From positions 608,001-672,000 of the forward strand of contig CAVSLV010000001.1 in assembly GCA_963728915.1 (NCBI GenBank): a stretch of DNA of 64,000 bases. Reading direction: 5' to 3'. The notes under the pieces are model-generated. The model ran no database searches. It was given only the letters and a program-made list of their open reading frames with translations, and was not told the origin of the DNA. Of this stretch, positions 47,928-57,595 are shown in pieces. Both the position numbers and the translations under genes were made by a program. How positions within the stretch are numbered: the stretch's first letter is position 1; every line of letters starts with the position of its first letter. The DNA comes from an uncultured Gemmatimonadales bacterium (GTDB lineage: Bacteria; Gemmatimonadota; Gemmatimonadetes; Gemmatimonadales; GWC2-71-9).

Positions 47928-49715
47928 CTAGCTGCCCAGCCTCATCAGCCTCCACACCCCGGCTTGCCGCTCCAGGCGGGCGTGCAGGTTGACTGCCTGC
48001 TCGGACTCGCGCTCGCGCGGGGCGGTTACCACGTTGGCGCCGGTAATGTGCGCCGTCGCGACATCCCCGTCCACACTCACACTGCCGATGCTCCAGCGGG
48101 TTCGCATGCCGCCGCCCGCACGCCAGAACGCCTGAAGTCCCTGGCGCTGGTCCTCCGGCATCCCGGGAAACATTCGCCGTGCGCCGTTCATGTCGCCGGC
48201 CTCGAGGGCGCGAGCATACCCGGCGATCGCCGCAACGACCGCCCCGGAATCGGCGGTGAAGCGGGCCGCCGCGAGCGCCGCAGCCGCCTCGGCCGGGCTT
48301 CGTTCCGGGGTGGTCGCGGGGGCCGGAGCGGGAGCGGTCACGACCGCGGGCGGCGGTGGGGGCGGGGGGGCAGGCGCGGTTGGAATGATCGCCGCCGGCG
48401 GGGCCGCGGCCGCGGCCGCGGCCGCGGCCGGCGCCGGGGAGGGGGAGGGGGAGGGGGACGGCCGTTCCGGGTTAGGCTTCCGGGGCGCGGCGCCGGTCGG
48501 CTCCGAGCGGGTCTGGGGTGGAGTCGGGGGAACGACCGGCGGCGCCGAGGGAGGCACCCTGGCCTCCGTTTGGGTGGCCGGCTCGACCGGCCCGCGCTTG
48601 CCACCGGCCCACACCGCGTACCCTCCGATGCCGGCGGCGAGCACCACCGTGCCCAGAAGAACAGGCCCGACCCATTGCCGCGATGGCGCGGGGTCGGAAG
48701 GCTTCTTGCGATGGAGTGGGATCGGGCTCCGCGGGGTCTGCACCCGCGACGCCACGTGGTTGTTCGCACCGGTGCGGGCCAGGAGAATGAGCTGGGTCCG
48801 GGTCGGATCATCGTGGGCGAGCTGCTGGGCTCCGATCGCCGCGATGGCGTCCTCCATGCTTGGAAAGCGCTCCTTCGGATCCTTGGCGAGCATCCGGAGG
48901 ATGGCCTGCCGGAGAGGCGCGGGACAGTCGGGTCGCAACGTCTCGAGCGGTGGCGGGGCATCACGGAAATGACTGAAGAGCACCGCCATCATGTTCGGCC
49001 CGGAAAAAGGAGGCCGTCCAGTGAGCATCTCGTAGGCGACCACGCCGAGGGAATACTGATCCGAGGCCCCGGTGATCTCGCCGCCGGTACACTGTTCCGG
49101 GCTCATGTAGGTCGGGGTACCGACCGTCGCTCCGGAGATGGTCAAGCCTTCCGATTCGCTGACCTTGGCGATCCCGAAATCCGTGACGATCGCCCAGCCC
49201 TCCTCGTCGATCAGGATGTTGCTGGGCTTGATATCCCGGTGCACGACGCCGCGGCGATGGGCGTAGCCGAACGCGCCGCCCACCTGCGCCAGGATCGCTT
49301 CCACCATGGTGATCGGAAGCTGGCCCAGCTCCTGAATCACCGAATCGAGCTGGGTCCCCTCGACCAGTTTCATGACAAAGAAGAGCAGGCCCTCCGCTTC
49401 CCGGACGGCATAGATCGGAATGATGTTGGGATGGGAGAGGCTGGCGGATGTCCGAGCTTCCCGCTTGAAGCGCTCGATCATCCCTGGTCCGAGACCGAGC
49501 GCGGGCGCCATCACCTTGATGGCAACCTTGCGGTCGAGTGCGAGGTCGTGCGCCAGGAACACCGTCGCCATGCCGCCGCGGCCCAGCTCGGCGCCGATGT
49601 CGTACTCACCCAGGGTCGCGTGGCGGAGCTGCTCCAGGAGCCGCGCCTGGCTCCCATCCGCGAATGGGCGCGCCCCGCCCTCGGTGGAAAGGTTTTCCTG
49701 GACCGAATCAGCCAT
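47928..49715 (-). CDS. Hanks-type Ser/Thr protein kinase with TM, Pro/Ala-rich linker and small C-terminal domain
   Basis: LGRGGMATVF, HRDIKPSN, DFGIAK, GTPTYMSPE. Confidence 0.95.
   Translation of the reverse strand: MADSVQENLSTEGGARPFADGSQARLLEQLRHATLGEYDIGAELGRGGMATVFLAHDLALDRKVAIKVMAPALGLGPGMIERFKREARTSASLSHPNIIPIYAVREAEGLLFFVMKLVEGTQLDSVIQELGQLPITMVEAILAQVGGAFGYAHRRGVVHRDIKPSNILIDEEGWAIVTDFGIAKVSESEGLTISGATVGTPTYMSPEQCTGGEITGASDQYSLGVVAYEMLTGRPPFSGPNMMAVLFSHFRDAPPPLETLRPDCPAPLRQAILRMLAKDPKERFPSMEDAIAAIGAQQLAHDDPTRTQLILLARTGANNHVASRVQTPRSPIPLHRKKPSDPAPSRQWVGPVLLGTVVLAAGIGGYAVWAGGKRGPVEPATQTEARVPPSAPPVVPPTPPQTRSEPTGAAPRKPNPERPSPSPSPSPAPAAAAAAAAAPPAAIIPTAPAPPPPPPPAVVTAPAPAPATTPERSPAEAAAALAAARFTADSGAVVAAIAGYARALEAGDMNGARRMFPGMPEDQRQGLQAFWRAGGGMRTRWSIGSVSVDGDVATAHITGANVVTAPRERESEQAVNLHARLERQAGVWRLMRLGS
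48402..48458. repeat. Coding microsatellites (GGCCGC)x~4.8 and GGGGA(GGGGGA)x3
   Basis: Read directly; they encode poly-Ala and PSPSPSPS in the kinase linker. Confidence 0.85.
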
Positions 49716-49761
49716 GGCAGGGGAACACTAACCAATCCTCCCTGCCCCTGCTCGCTCCGGG

Positions 49762-52188
49762 CTACTCCGCCCGGAGAGCGATGACCGGCTGCACACCAGT
49801 GGCCCGGCGGGCAGGAACGAAGCTCGCCAGGAGGCCGACCAGCGCGACGGTTATGATCACCAGGGTGAACACCGGCGGGTCCTGGGGCGACATCTCGAAC
49901 ATCAGGATCCCGATCACCCGGGTCAGGCCGAAGGCGATGAGCAACCCGGTCAGCAGGCCGATCCCCAGTTGCTTGCCTCCCTGGCGAAGCACCAGGCGGA
50001 TCACGTCGCCGGCGTCGGCGCCGAGCGCCATGCGGATGCCCAGCTCCCGGGTGCGGCGGCTCACCGAGAACGCCAGAACGCCATACAGACCCACCGTGGC
50101 CATGAAAAGCGCGGCCGCGCCGAAGACGATGAAGATCGAGCCGAAGACGTAGTAGTACCAGGTCTGCTGACGCACCACGCCAGCCATCGAGTCCACGTTG
50201 TAGATCGGCTGATTCGGGTTGAGGCCCTGCACCGTCTGGCGAACCGCGGTGGTCAGGGTCAGCGGGTCCGCATTGCTGGTCTGCGCCGCGATGCTCACGA
50301 ACCGGGGATCCCGCTGCATCATGGGAAGGTAGAACCCGGCGGGATCCCGATCGTCCGCATCCACGCCCTGCATGCGCATGTCCGAGACGACCCCGATCAC
50401 CGTGAACCATTGTCCCAGGCTGTCCCGATCGACCCGCAGCGCGAATCGCTGGCCGAGGGCCGGCCCTCCGTTGAAGTATTTCTCCACGAAGGGGCGGTTG
50501 ACGATGGCGACCGGGTCGACCCCCGAGCCATCGCGCTCGTCGAAGTCGCGGCCTTCGAGGATCGAGGCGCCGAAAGTTTCGAAGAAGTGGAGGCCCACCG
50601 TCGCGAGGTGCGCCTTGGGGTACTCCGCCCCTTCACCGTAGACCTTCCCCGGGAATCCGATATCGGTTCGGCCACCGGTCATCGGCAGGTTGGCGGTCAG
50701 CGCCGCCTGGCTCACCCCGGGCAGGGCACGGAGGCGCTGCTCCAGGTCCCGGAAGAATCGTCGACGGCTGGTGGTGTCGGGGTACTCGCTCTCGAACAGA
50801 CCGACCCGGGCCGTGAAGATCCGCTCGGTGGTGAACGGGAATCGGAAGGTTCTGAGGTTCGCGATGCTCCGGACCATGAGCCCGGCCCCGATGAGGAGTG
50901 CGCAGGACAGCGCGATTTCCGCGATGACGAGAATCCGGGTCAATCGCCCTCCCAGGACCCCCGAGCCGCGGGATTCGTCCTTCAGGGTGGAATTCACGTC
51001 GGTCTTGAGGACGTAGAACGCCGGGGCGAGACCCGCGAGAACTGCGGTGAGCAGGGTGATGCCCAGCATGAACGCCAGGACGGGGAGGTCGAGCCTGAAT
51101 GCCATGTAGTAGGGCTTGCCGACGCTCCGGGTGGCGCCGTCGAACAGGGTGATTCCCACGTACGCGATCACGGTTCCCAGCAGCGCGCCGACGAAGGACA
51201 GCACGAAGGTCTCCGCGAAGAACGGCGTGACGACGCGGAGCCGGGAAGCGCCAATCGCGGCGCGTACCGCCGCTTCCCGGGTCCGAAGGGTGGCGCGGGC
51301 CATCAGGAGGTTCGCCACGTTCGCAATCGCGATGAGGAGCACGAAGATCGTGGCCACCTGCATTCCCCCAAACACGGCCCGCAGCTCGGAACCGGTATTG
51401 TCCTGAACGAAGGTCCGAAACCGGGTGGTGAAGCCGCCGTCCACCTTGGGATAGGCGCGCGCCAGCCGATCGGAGATCTGGGCGAACTCGAGCACCGCCT
51501 GATCCATCGAAACCCCTGGGTTGAGTCTCCCGAAAACCCGGAACTGGTCGCCCTCACCTCGGGCCTTGAGCTCGGCGCGGTTATCGCGCCGCGCCACCCA
51601 GAGGTCCTGGTTTTCGGGAAACCGAAAGGCCTTCGGCATCACGCCGAGGATTGTCGCGGCTTCCCCGTTCACGATGACCGCCTTGCCGATTACTCCGGGG
51701 TCCTTCCGGTAGCGGTCCTCCCAGACTCGATACCCGAGCACCACGGTGAGCGGGGCCCCGGCCGCATCGTCGCCTTGCCGGAAGGTCGAGCCCAGCGCCG
51801 CCTTGACCCGAAGGGCGTCGAACACCCCAGCCGTCACGAAGGCCCCGTCATACCGTTCGGGGCCTTCCGTGCCCGCAACGTTGACGGTCCCGGTGTAGTA
51901 CGCCGCCATGGATTCGAAGGAGCGCTGCTGTTCCCGCAAGTCGTAATACTCATGAATCGGGATGCTGCTCCACTCGATGTGCTGAGCGGGATTGGTGCGG
52001 AGAATCAGGGTAACCCGGCTCGGCTCCGGGATCGGATGGCCTCGAAAAAAGACCCCGTACAGGAGCGACCACACCGTGGTGCACATCCCGATGCCGAGGG
52101 CGAGGGTGAAGCTCGTGATGATGGCGGAGATTGGCTGCTTACGAAGGCCCCGGATGCCAAGGAGCATGTCGTGCCAGGGAAGCCGCAC
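49762..52188 (-). CDS. Duplicated MacB/FtsX-type ABC permease (ADOP-like)
   Basis: TLALGIG, LLIAIANVANL...RAAIGASR; second half GLYGVLAFSVSRRTRELGIRMALGA; PARRA. Confidence 0.92.
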   Translation of the reverse strand: MRLPWHDMLLGIRGLRKQPISAIITSFTLALGIGMCTTVWSLLYGVFFRGHPIPEPSRVTLILRTNPAQHIEWSSIPIHEYYDLREQQRSFESMAAYYTGTVNVAGTEGPERYDGAFVTAGVFDALRVKAALGSTFRQGDDAAGAPLTVVLGYRVWEDRYRKDPGVIGKAVIVNGEAATILGVMPKAFRFPENQDLWVARRDNRAELKARGEGDQFRVFGRLNPGVSMDQAVLEFAQISDRLARAYPKVDGGFTTRFRTFVQDNTGSELRAVFGGMQVATIFVLLIAIANVANLLMARATLRTREAAVRAAIGASRLRVVTPFFAETFVLSFVGALLGTVIAYVGITLFDGATRSVGKPYYMAFRLDLPVLAFMLGITLLTAVLAGLAPAFYVLKTDVNSTLKDESRGSGVLGGRLTRILVIAEIALSCALLIGAGLMVRSIANLRTFRFPFTTERIFTARVGLFESEYPDTTSRRRFFRDLEQRLRALPGVSQAALTANLPMTGGRTDIGFPGKVYGEGAEYPKAHLATVGLHFFETFGASILEGRDFDERDGSGVDPVAIVNRPFVEKYFNGGPALGQRFALRVDRDSLGQWFTVIGVVSDMRMQGVDADDRDPAGFYLPMMQRDPRFVSIAAQTSNADPLTLTTAVRQTVQGLNPNQPIYNVDSMAGVVRQQTWYYYVFGSIFIVFGAAALFMATVGLYGVLAFSVSRRTRELGIRMALGADAGDVIRLVLRQGGKQLGIGLLTGLLIAFGLTRVIGILMFEMSPQDPPVFTLVIITVALVGLLASFVPARRATGVQPVIALRAE

Positions 52189-52275
52189 GGGCGCAGTCCG
52201 GTCGAAGTGAGTGGGGCCCTACGGCCTCCTGCGGGTGAAGTTTCAGATCGGAACACCTGACCTCAGGGCCTTCTC

Positions 52276-53523
52276 CTATTTGACATCGTTCCGGAGAATC
52301 ACGCCCCCTTTCATGACGAAGACCACCCGGCGAAGGGCGGTAATATCGGTGGCGGGATCCCCGTCCACCGCGATCAGGTCGGCCGCATATCCCGGCGCCA
52401 GTCTTCCGATCGAAGCCCCCATGCCGATCGCTTCCGCCGCCAGCGAGGTGGCCGAGACAATCGCGTCCATGGGCTTCTGGCCTCCCGCCTGCACCCGGCA
52501 GATCAGCTCTTCGACGTTCCGGCCATCCGCCCCGGCTACCGCGTCGGTGCCGAATACCACTTTGAGCCCCGGGATGGCCAGCGCCCGCTTGAACGCCGCT
52601 GTTGCCAGGGGAATGGCCCGCTCCATCGAGGCGAATCCCTCGTCGTTGTAGTTACCGATTCCCTGGTACTTGGCCCGATTGTCGAGGTAGTTGCGGAAGA
52701 CCAGGCAGACCTGCGGATCGAACCAGGTTCCTCGTTGCGCCATCTCCCGCAGCACCTCGTCGGTCGCGAAGACGCCGTGCTCGACCTGGGTGCAGCCTGC
52801 CCGGCTTGCCGCCAGCATGCTTTCGGCGGAGTGGGCGTGCACCAGCGTTCTGAGTCCCAGCGCCTTGGCCTCGCCGCAGGCGGCTTCGAGCTGGGCATCG
52901 GTCATGGTCTGGGCGCCCCCTTCGCGAATCGACTTCGAGGCGAACAGCTTGATGAGGTCGGCGCCGTTCGCCCTGGCCTGGCGGACTTTGGCCCGGAGCT
53001 CCTCGGGCGAGCCGCTCTGCTCGGAGAAGCTCCCCAGCGAGCTTAACACGCGGGGCCCCGGGATCTCGCCCCGCGCGATCGCCTCGCGATAGCGCTTGTC
53101 CTCCGGCGACCCGACGCTCTGCACGGTGGTGATGCCGTTCCGAACCGTCGCCAGCAGGTTCTCGCGGATCGCGGCATCGGCCTGTTCGGCGGTTTCTCCA
53201 TCGTTCCCGGTGTGAAGCCGCCCCCGGGGATTGAAATGCCAGGCGAAGTGGACGTGCCCGTCGATGAGGCCGGGGAGGACCGTGAATCTGGAGAGATCGA
53301 TGGTTTTCCCGCCCGGGGACGCACTCCCCATCGAACCGATCACGCCATTGCTCACCACGATGACCGGCTGGCGCACGCTCTTGCCGGTGCCGTCGAGCAC
53401 CACTCCGGTGCGAAGCACCACCGGCGCCTGGGCGGTTGCGGAGCGGGGCCCCCCGAAGGAAAAGGGAGAAACCAGCTGCAGAGCGGAAAGTGCGAGCACC
53501 ATCCGGACGTTGGGCATGGACAT
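52276..53523 (-). CDS. Metal-dependent amidohydrolase (Xaa-Pro dipeptidase-like), signal peptide
   Basis: PGLIDGHVH, GADLIK, VHAH, VEHG, FGTDA, ADLIAVDGDP; TATAAT on the minus strand at 53569-74. Confidence 0.9.
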   Translation of the reverse strand: MSMPNVRMVLALSALQLVSPFSFGGPRSATAQAPVVLRTGVVLDGTGKSVRQPVIVVSNGVIGSMGSASPGGKTIDLSRFTVLPGLIDGHVHFAWHFNPRGRLHTGNDGETAEQADAAIRENLLATVRNGITTVQSVGSPEDKRYREAIARGEIPGPRVLSSLGSFSEQSGSPEELRAKVRQARANGADLIKLFASKSIREGGAQTMTDAQLEAACGEAKALGLRTLVHAHSAESMLAASRAGCTQVEHGVFATDEVLREMAQRGTWFDPQVCLVFRNYLDNRAKYQGIGNYNDEGFASMERAIPLATAAFKRALAIPGLKVVFGTDAVAGADGRNVEELICRVQAGGQKPMDAIVSATSLAAEAIGMGASIGRLAPGYAADLIAVDGDPATDITALRRVVFVMKGGVILRNDVK

Positions 53524-53587
53524 CGGGCCTCGGAAGGCATGGGTTGCGTCAAGAGCGGGGCTGGCAGGATTATACCACCTCGCCGCA

Positions 53588-55798
53588 ATGCGTCTTCCCC
53601 TCCTCGTGGTTCTTGCCGGGTTGTTCGGCGGACCTGCCTCGGCCCAGTCGGTCGAGGAGTCGATGCCGCTCACCCGACTCGCCGGACCGATCCGGCTGGA
53701 TGGCCGTCTCGATGAGCCGGCCTGGGACGCCGTCCCGCCGCTTCCCCTCGCCATGTACACCCCGACGTTCGGCGGCGCGCTCACCGAGCGTACCGAAATC
53801 CGGGTGGCCTACGACGACCGGTATCTCTACGTCGGGGGGCGGATGTATGACTCGGAGGCCCGGCGGGTGCGGACCAACACGTTCTACCGGGATCGCTACT
53901 CGGGCGACGATATCATGGCCATCGTGCTCGATACCTACAACGATCGCCAAACCGCTTCCTGGTTCACCGTGAATCCCGCCGGTACCCGGATCGATCGGGC
54001 GCTCTCCAACGACGGGGAATACAGCAACGGCGATCCCATGAACGACAACTGGAATACGTTCTGGGACGTCGCCACCAGCCAGGACGATGAAGGTTGGTAC
54101 GCGGAAATGCGCATTCCGTTCTCCAGCCTCGGCTTCCAGGATATCGACGGCCGGGTCACCATGGGCCTGATCGCCTACCGCCTGGTGGCCCGGAAGAACG
54201 AACGGCAGCTCTTTCCCGCCATCCCGCCGAACTGGGACCTCGGGTTCGCCAAGCCTTCGCAGGCCCGCCGGGTGTCGCTCGAGGGCGTGCACAGCCGCCG
54301 CCCGGTGTACCTCACGCCGTACACCCTCGGTGGCCTGACCTGGGAAGCGGCCCTCGATACCGCGCAACACCGGTATGTCCGTCCCGCCGAGCACACCGCG
54401 GAAGCGGGACTGGACCTGCGATACAGCCCGACGTCCAACCTGTCGCTCGACCTGACCGTCAATACCGACTTTGCCCAGGTGGAAGCGGACGACCAGCAGG
54501 TCAACCTGACCCGCTTCGATCTCTTCTTTCCCGAGAAGCGCCAGTTCTTCCAGGAGCGGTCGTCGATTTTCGAGTTCAACACCGGCGGCTCGAGCCGGCT
54601 CTTTCACAGTCGCACCATCGGGCTGGTGGATGGTGCGCCGATCCGGATCCTGGGAGGAGCCCGCCTGGTGGGGCGGGTCGGGAGCTGGGACCTTGGCTTC
54701 CTCAACATGCAGACCGCCTCGATGGATACCGTGGACTCGGAGAACTTCGGGGTGCTCAGGCTTCGCCGCGGGGTATTCAATGCCAACTCGACCATCGGGG
54801 CGATGGTCACCACCCGGATCGATACGGAGGGCCGCCACAACGTCGCCGCGGGCGTGGACGCCCTGGTGCGTCCGGTGGGGGAAGAATACCTGACGGTCCG
54901 ATTCGCCCAGACCTACACGACGGGGAGTCCTAACCCGCCGCTGGACTGGGACCAGAGCCGCCTCATGGTGCGCTGGGAGCGCCGGAACCAGGTCGGCCCC
55001 GGGTACGCGGCGGAGTTCATCCGGTCCGGCCCGGGGTACAACGCCGGGATGGGCTTCATCTTCCGCAACGACTTCACCTCCCTCGAGCTCCGGCCCCGCT
55101 ACGCCTGGCTGGTCGGGGCCCGGTCGCCGTTCCGCAGCGTGTTCGTCGGCGCGCCGGGTCATTCCTACTGGAGAAACGCCGACCACACGGTGGAATCCGC
55201 CGACTGGTCGCTTCAGCTCGGCGCCGAGCTCAAGAGCGGGGAGAATCTCCAGCTCACGTTCCGTGACAACTACGAGAGCATTCGCGACCCGTTCGAAATT
55301 TCGGGGGGCGCCGACGTGGTTCCAGGCAACTTCTGGTTCCCGCAGGTGGAGTTCGGGCTCGAGGGCGCCCGATCCGCGAGTCTCAGGCCGACGTTTCTGG
55401 TCGGGGCCGGACGGTTCTATGATGGCAGCAGGGTCTATCTGTCAGCCCACCCGGCATGGAATCCGACCCGGTATGTGGAGCTTGGAGTGGACTACGACTA
55501 CAACCGGATCCGGTTCGCCCAACGGAATCAGCGGCTCGACCTCCACGTAGTGCGGCTCCGGATCCAGACCGCCCTGAACGTCCATGTCTCCCTGGCGACG
55601 CTGTTGCAATACGACAATGCCGACGACGCGATCGGCATCAATGCCAGGTTTCGGTACAACTTCCAGGAAGGGAGAGATCTCTGGTTCGTCTACAATGAGG
55701 CCCTGAACACCGATCGGCCCCTCCTGGTCGCGCCGCGGCTGCCCGGGACCCAGCGGCGCGCCTTTCTGGTCAAGTACACCCACACCCTGGGATTCTGA
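53588..55798 (+). CDS. CBM9-like + DUF5916 outer-membrane protein
   Basis: Signal peptide; IRLDGRLDEPAW, AEMRIPFSSL, TVNTDFAQVEAD, FFPEKRQFFQE; C-terminal Phe. Confidence 0.88.
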   Translation: MRLPLLVVLAGLFGGPASAQSVEESMPLTRLAGPIRLDGRLDEPAWDAVPPLPLAMYTPTFGGALTERTEIRVAYDDRYLYVGGRMYDSEARRVRTNTFYRDRYSGDDIMAIVLDTYNDRQTASWFTVNPAGTRIDRALSNDGEYSNGDPMNDNWNTFWDVATSQDDEGWYAEMRIPFSSLGFQDIDGRVTMGLIAYRLVARKNERQLFPAIPPNWDLGFAKPSQARRVSLEGVHSRRPVYLTPYTLGGLTWEAALDTAQHRYVRPAEHTAEAGLDLRYSPTSNLSLDLTVNTDFAQVEADDQQVNLTRFDLFFPEKRQFFQERSSIFEFNTGGSSRLFHSRTIGLVDGAPIRILGGARLVGRVGSWDLGFLNMQTASMDTVDSENFGVLRLRRGVFNANSTIGAMVTTRIDTEGRHNVAAGVDALVRPVGEEYLTVRFAQTYTTGSPNPPLDWDQSRLMVRWERRNQVGPGYAAEFIRSGPGYNAGMGFIFRNDFTSLELRPRYAWLVGARSPFRSVFVGAPGHSYWRNADHTVESADWSLQLGAELKSGENLQLTFRDNYESIRDPFEISGGADVVPGNFWFPQVEFGLEGARSASLRPTFLVGAGRFYDGSRVYLSAHPAWNPTRYVELGVDYDYNRIRFAQRNQRLDLHVVRLRIQTALNVHVSLATLLQYDNADDAIGINARFRYNFQEGRDLWFVYNEALNTDRPLLVAPRLPGTQRRAFLVKYTHTLGF

Positions 55799-55858
55799 GC
55801 CCCGCCCCCACGGCCGTTCGGCCGCTCCGGGCAGCTTGACTCGGCCGGGCTTGGCGCC

Positions 55859-57013
55859 CTATTTGTAAAGATCGTAGTCCTTGAGGAGGGAGACTTCACC
55901 GGCGTGAAGGTAGGCCGGCTTGGCCAGCTCCTGTGCGTACATCGCGGCGATCGTTGGGGCGGCCGACAGATCGTTGTTTTTCCAGCCTGATGCCAAGTAA
56001 TAGCTCGAGGTAGTCCAGTCGAAGTTGATATAGGTGAACCACTTGATTTCCGGGCGCGCGGTGATCAGGGAGAAGTACGGCGTAAACCATTGGCTCCACA
56101 CCTGGCCCGCGCCTTCCGCCGTGGAGAGATCAAACTGGGAGGGGGAGCTCTCCGCGATCACCACGGGCTTTCCGCTCGCGACCGCCATGTCCAGAAAGGT
56201 CAGGGCGCGGCCGTAGCTCGTCGATCCGCCATGGCCAGACGGGGGCCCTGACAGGTCGGCCGAGGCGAACAGGTCGATCGAGAACCAGTCCACCATGTCC
56301 TCGCCCGGGTACCATTTGAACTCTCCCATCTCATTCTGATCGGCGAAGTCTCCGGGCGCCGCCGGCTCGTAGCACCACACGAACGCGACATTGCCCGCGC
56401 CCGCGGACCGGAACAGGTTCACGATCTTCCGAAACGCCTTGGGAAAGTCGTATGGGTGATACCCGTTCCACGCCCCGTTGAACTCGCCCCCGATTCGGAC
56501 CAGCGCGGGCTTCCGGTACCCGGCAAACACGAGAGCCAGGTCGAGGAGCCGTTGATCCCATGTGCTGCTCTTCGCCACCTCGTCATCGATGCCGAAGAGC
56601 GGGTCGGGGAGCTGGGTTCCCGGCACCGGCTGATTGCCTCGAAGGGCAATGTCCGCGAGCGGAATCCTCCCCGCTGCGCCAATCGCCGCGAGATGAGCGG
56701 CAATCTGGGTGGGATTCCAGGGCCGCGTGGTATCGGCGATAGTCAGGAAAATCAGCTCCGACGCCGGCTGGCTCTTCGGGTTGAGCAGCGCCGTGTATTG
56801 GGGATTGTAGGCCTCCCACTGACCCATCCCATGAACGACCCGGCCTGTGGGAGGCTCGAACTTCGCCCCGAACTGGTAGGTCGGCGCCTGAGGAGCTGGG
56901 GCGGGGACTGCGGGGGAATCCCCTGGCTCCCCCGGTGTCCGCGCCTCCGCACAGGAGAAGAGAACTGACAACAGGAGGACGCTCGTGGCTTTCCCGCCTG
57001 ACCGATTTGTCAT
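55859..57013 (-). CDS. Glycoside hydrolase family 26-like lipoprotein
   Basis: Lipobox-like LFSC; RIGGEFNGAW (acid/base), WYPGEDMVDW, KPVVIAES (nucleophile). Confidence 0.8.
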   Translation of the reverse strand: MTNRSGGKATSVLLLSVLFSCAEARTPGEPGDSPAVPAPAPQAPTYQFGAKFEPPTGRVVHGMGQWEAYNPQYTALLNPKSQPASELIFLTIADTTRPWNPTQIAAHLAAIGAAGRIPLADIALRGNQPVPGTQLPDPLFGIDDEVAKSSTWDQRLLDLALVFAGYRKPALVRIGGEFNGAWNGYHPYDFPKAFRKIVNLFRSAGAGNVAFVWCYEPAAPGDFADQNEMGEFKWYPGEDMVDWFSIDLFASADLSGPPSGHGGSTSYGRALTFLDMAVASGKPVVIAESSPSQFDLSTAEGAGQVWSQWFTPYFSLITARPEIKWFTYINFDWTTSSYYLASGWKNNDLSAAPTIAAMYAQELAKPAYLHAGEVSLLKDYDLYK

Positions 57014-57223
57014 CCCCAGCTCCGGAACGGGTTCTGAATCGTGACACCGGAAGCCGGCGGCGCCCCGACGGCGTCGCTGGATGCGCGGGTTATTTCACCG
57101 CGCAAAGTCTGGCAATGTCGCGCTTGACTCCCTGGCTGCCGGAACCGGGTCACACCCCGTCCACCGAGACGAAACCCGGTGCTCGATCCACGGCCGCGGG
57201 TGAGAGTATCTTGCGTGGCGCCG

Positions 57224-57589
57224 ATGCCGGTCAGCCGCGAATACCTCCAATTCGTTCTCGATCAGCTGGTCCCGGTCGGGACGATCGAGCATCGCCGGAT
57301 GTTCGGCGGCATCGGTCTGTATGCCCAATCATTGTTCTTCGCTCTTATCGATGACGACACTCTCTTCTTCAAGGTGAACGATCGCACTCGACCGGGATAC
57401 CGGGAGGCCGGGGCGGTGGGTTTCGATCCTTACGGGGATGGCCGAGCCTCGTTCAACTACATGACTGTCCCTGTCGAGGTGCTGGAAGATCGTGAGACGC
57501 TTCGGGCCTGGGCCCACGATGCAATTGACGTGGCGCGAGAGGCGACCCGGGCCAAACCGGCTCGGCAAGGCCGCGAGCGGCGGGAGTAG
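57224..57589 (+). CDS. TfoX/Sxy N-terminal domain protein
   Basis: RRMFGGIGLY...FFALIDDDTLFFKV...YMTVPVEVLED. Confidence 0.88.
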   Translation: MPVSREYLQFVLDQLVPVGTIEHRRMFGGIGLYAQSLFFALIDDDTLFFKVNDRTRPGYREAGAVGFDPYGDGRASFNYMTVPVEVLEDRETLRAWAHDAIDVAREATRAKPARQGRERRE

Positions 57590-57595
57590 TCTTCC

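Noticed and set aside
57082..57180. Hairpins in the GH26-tfoX intergenic region (TGCGCGG/CCGCGCA; ACCGGGT/ACCCGGT) as a riboswitch or ncRNA
   Set aside because: 7-bp GC stems are common at this GC content and I could not match a known RNA consensus; an Infernal/Rfam scan would be needed.
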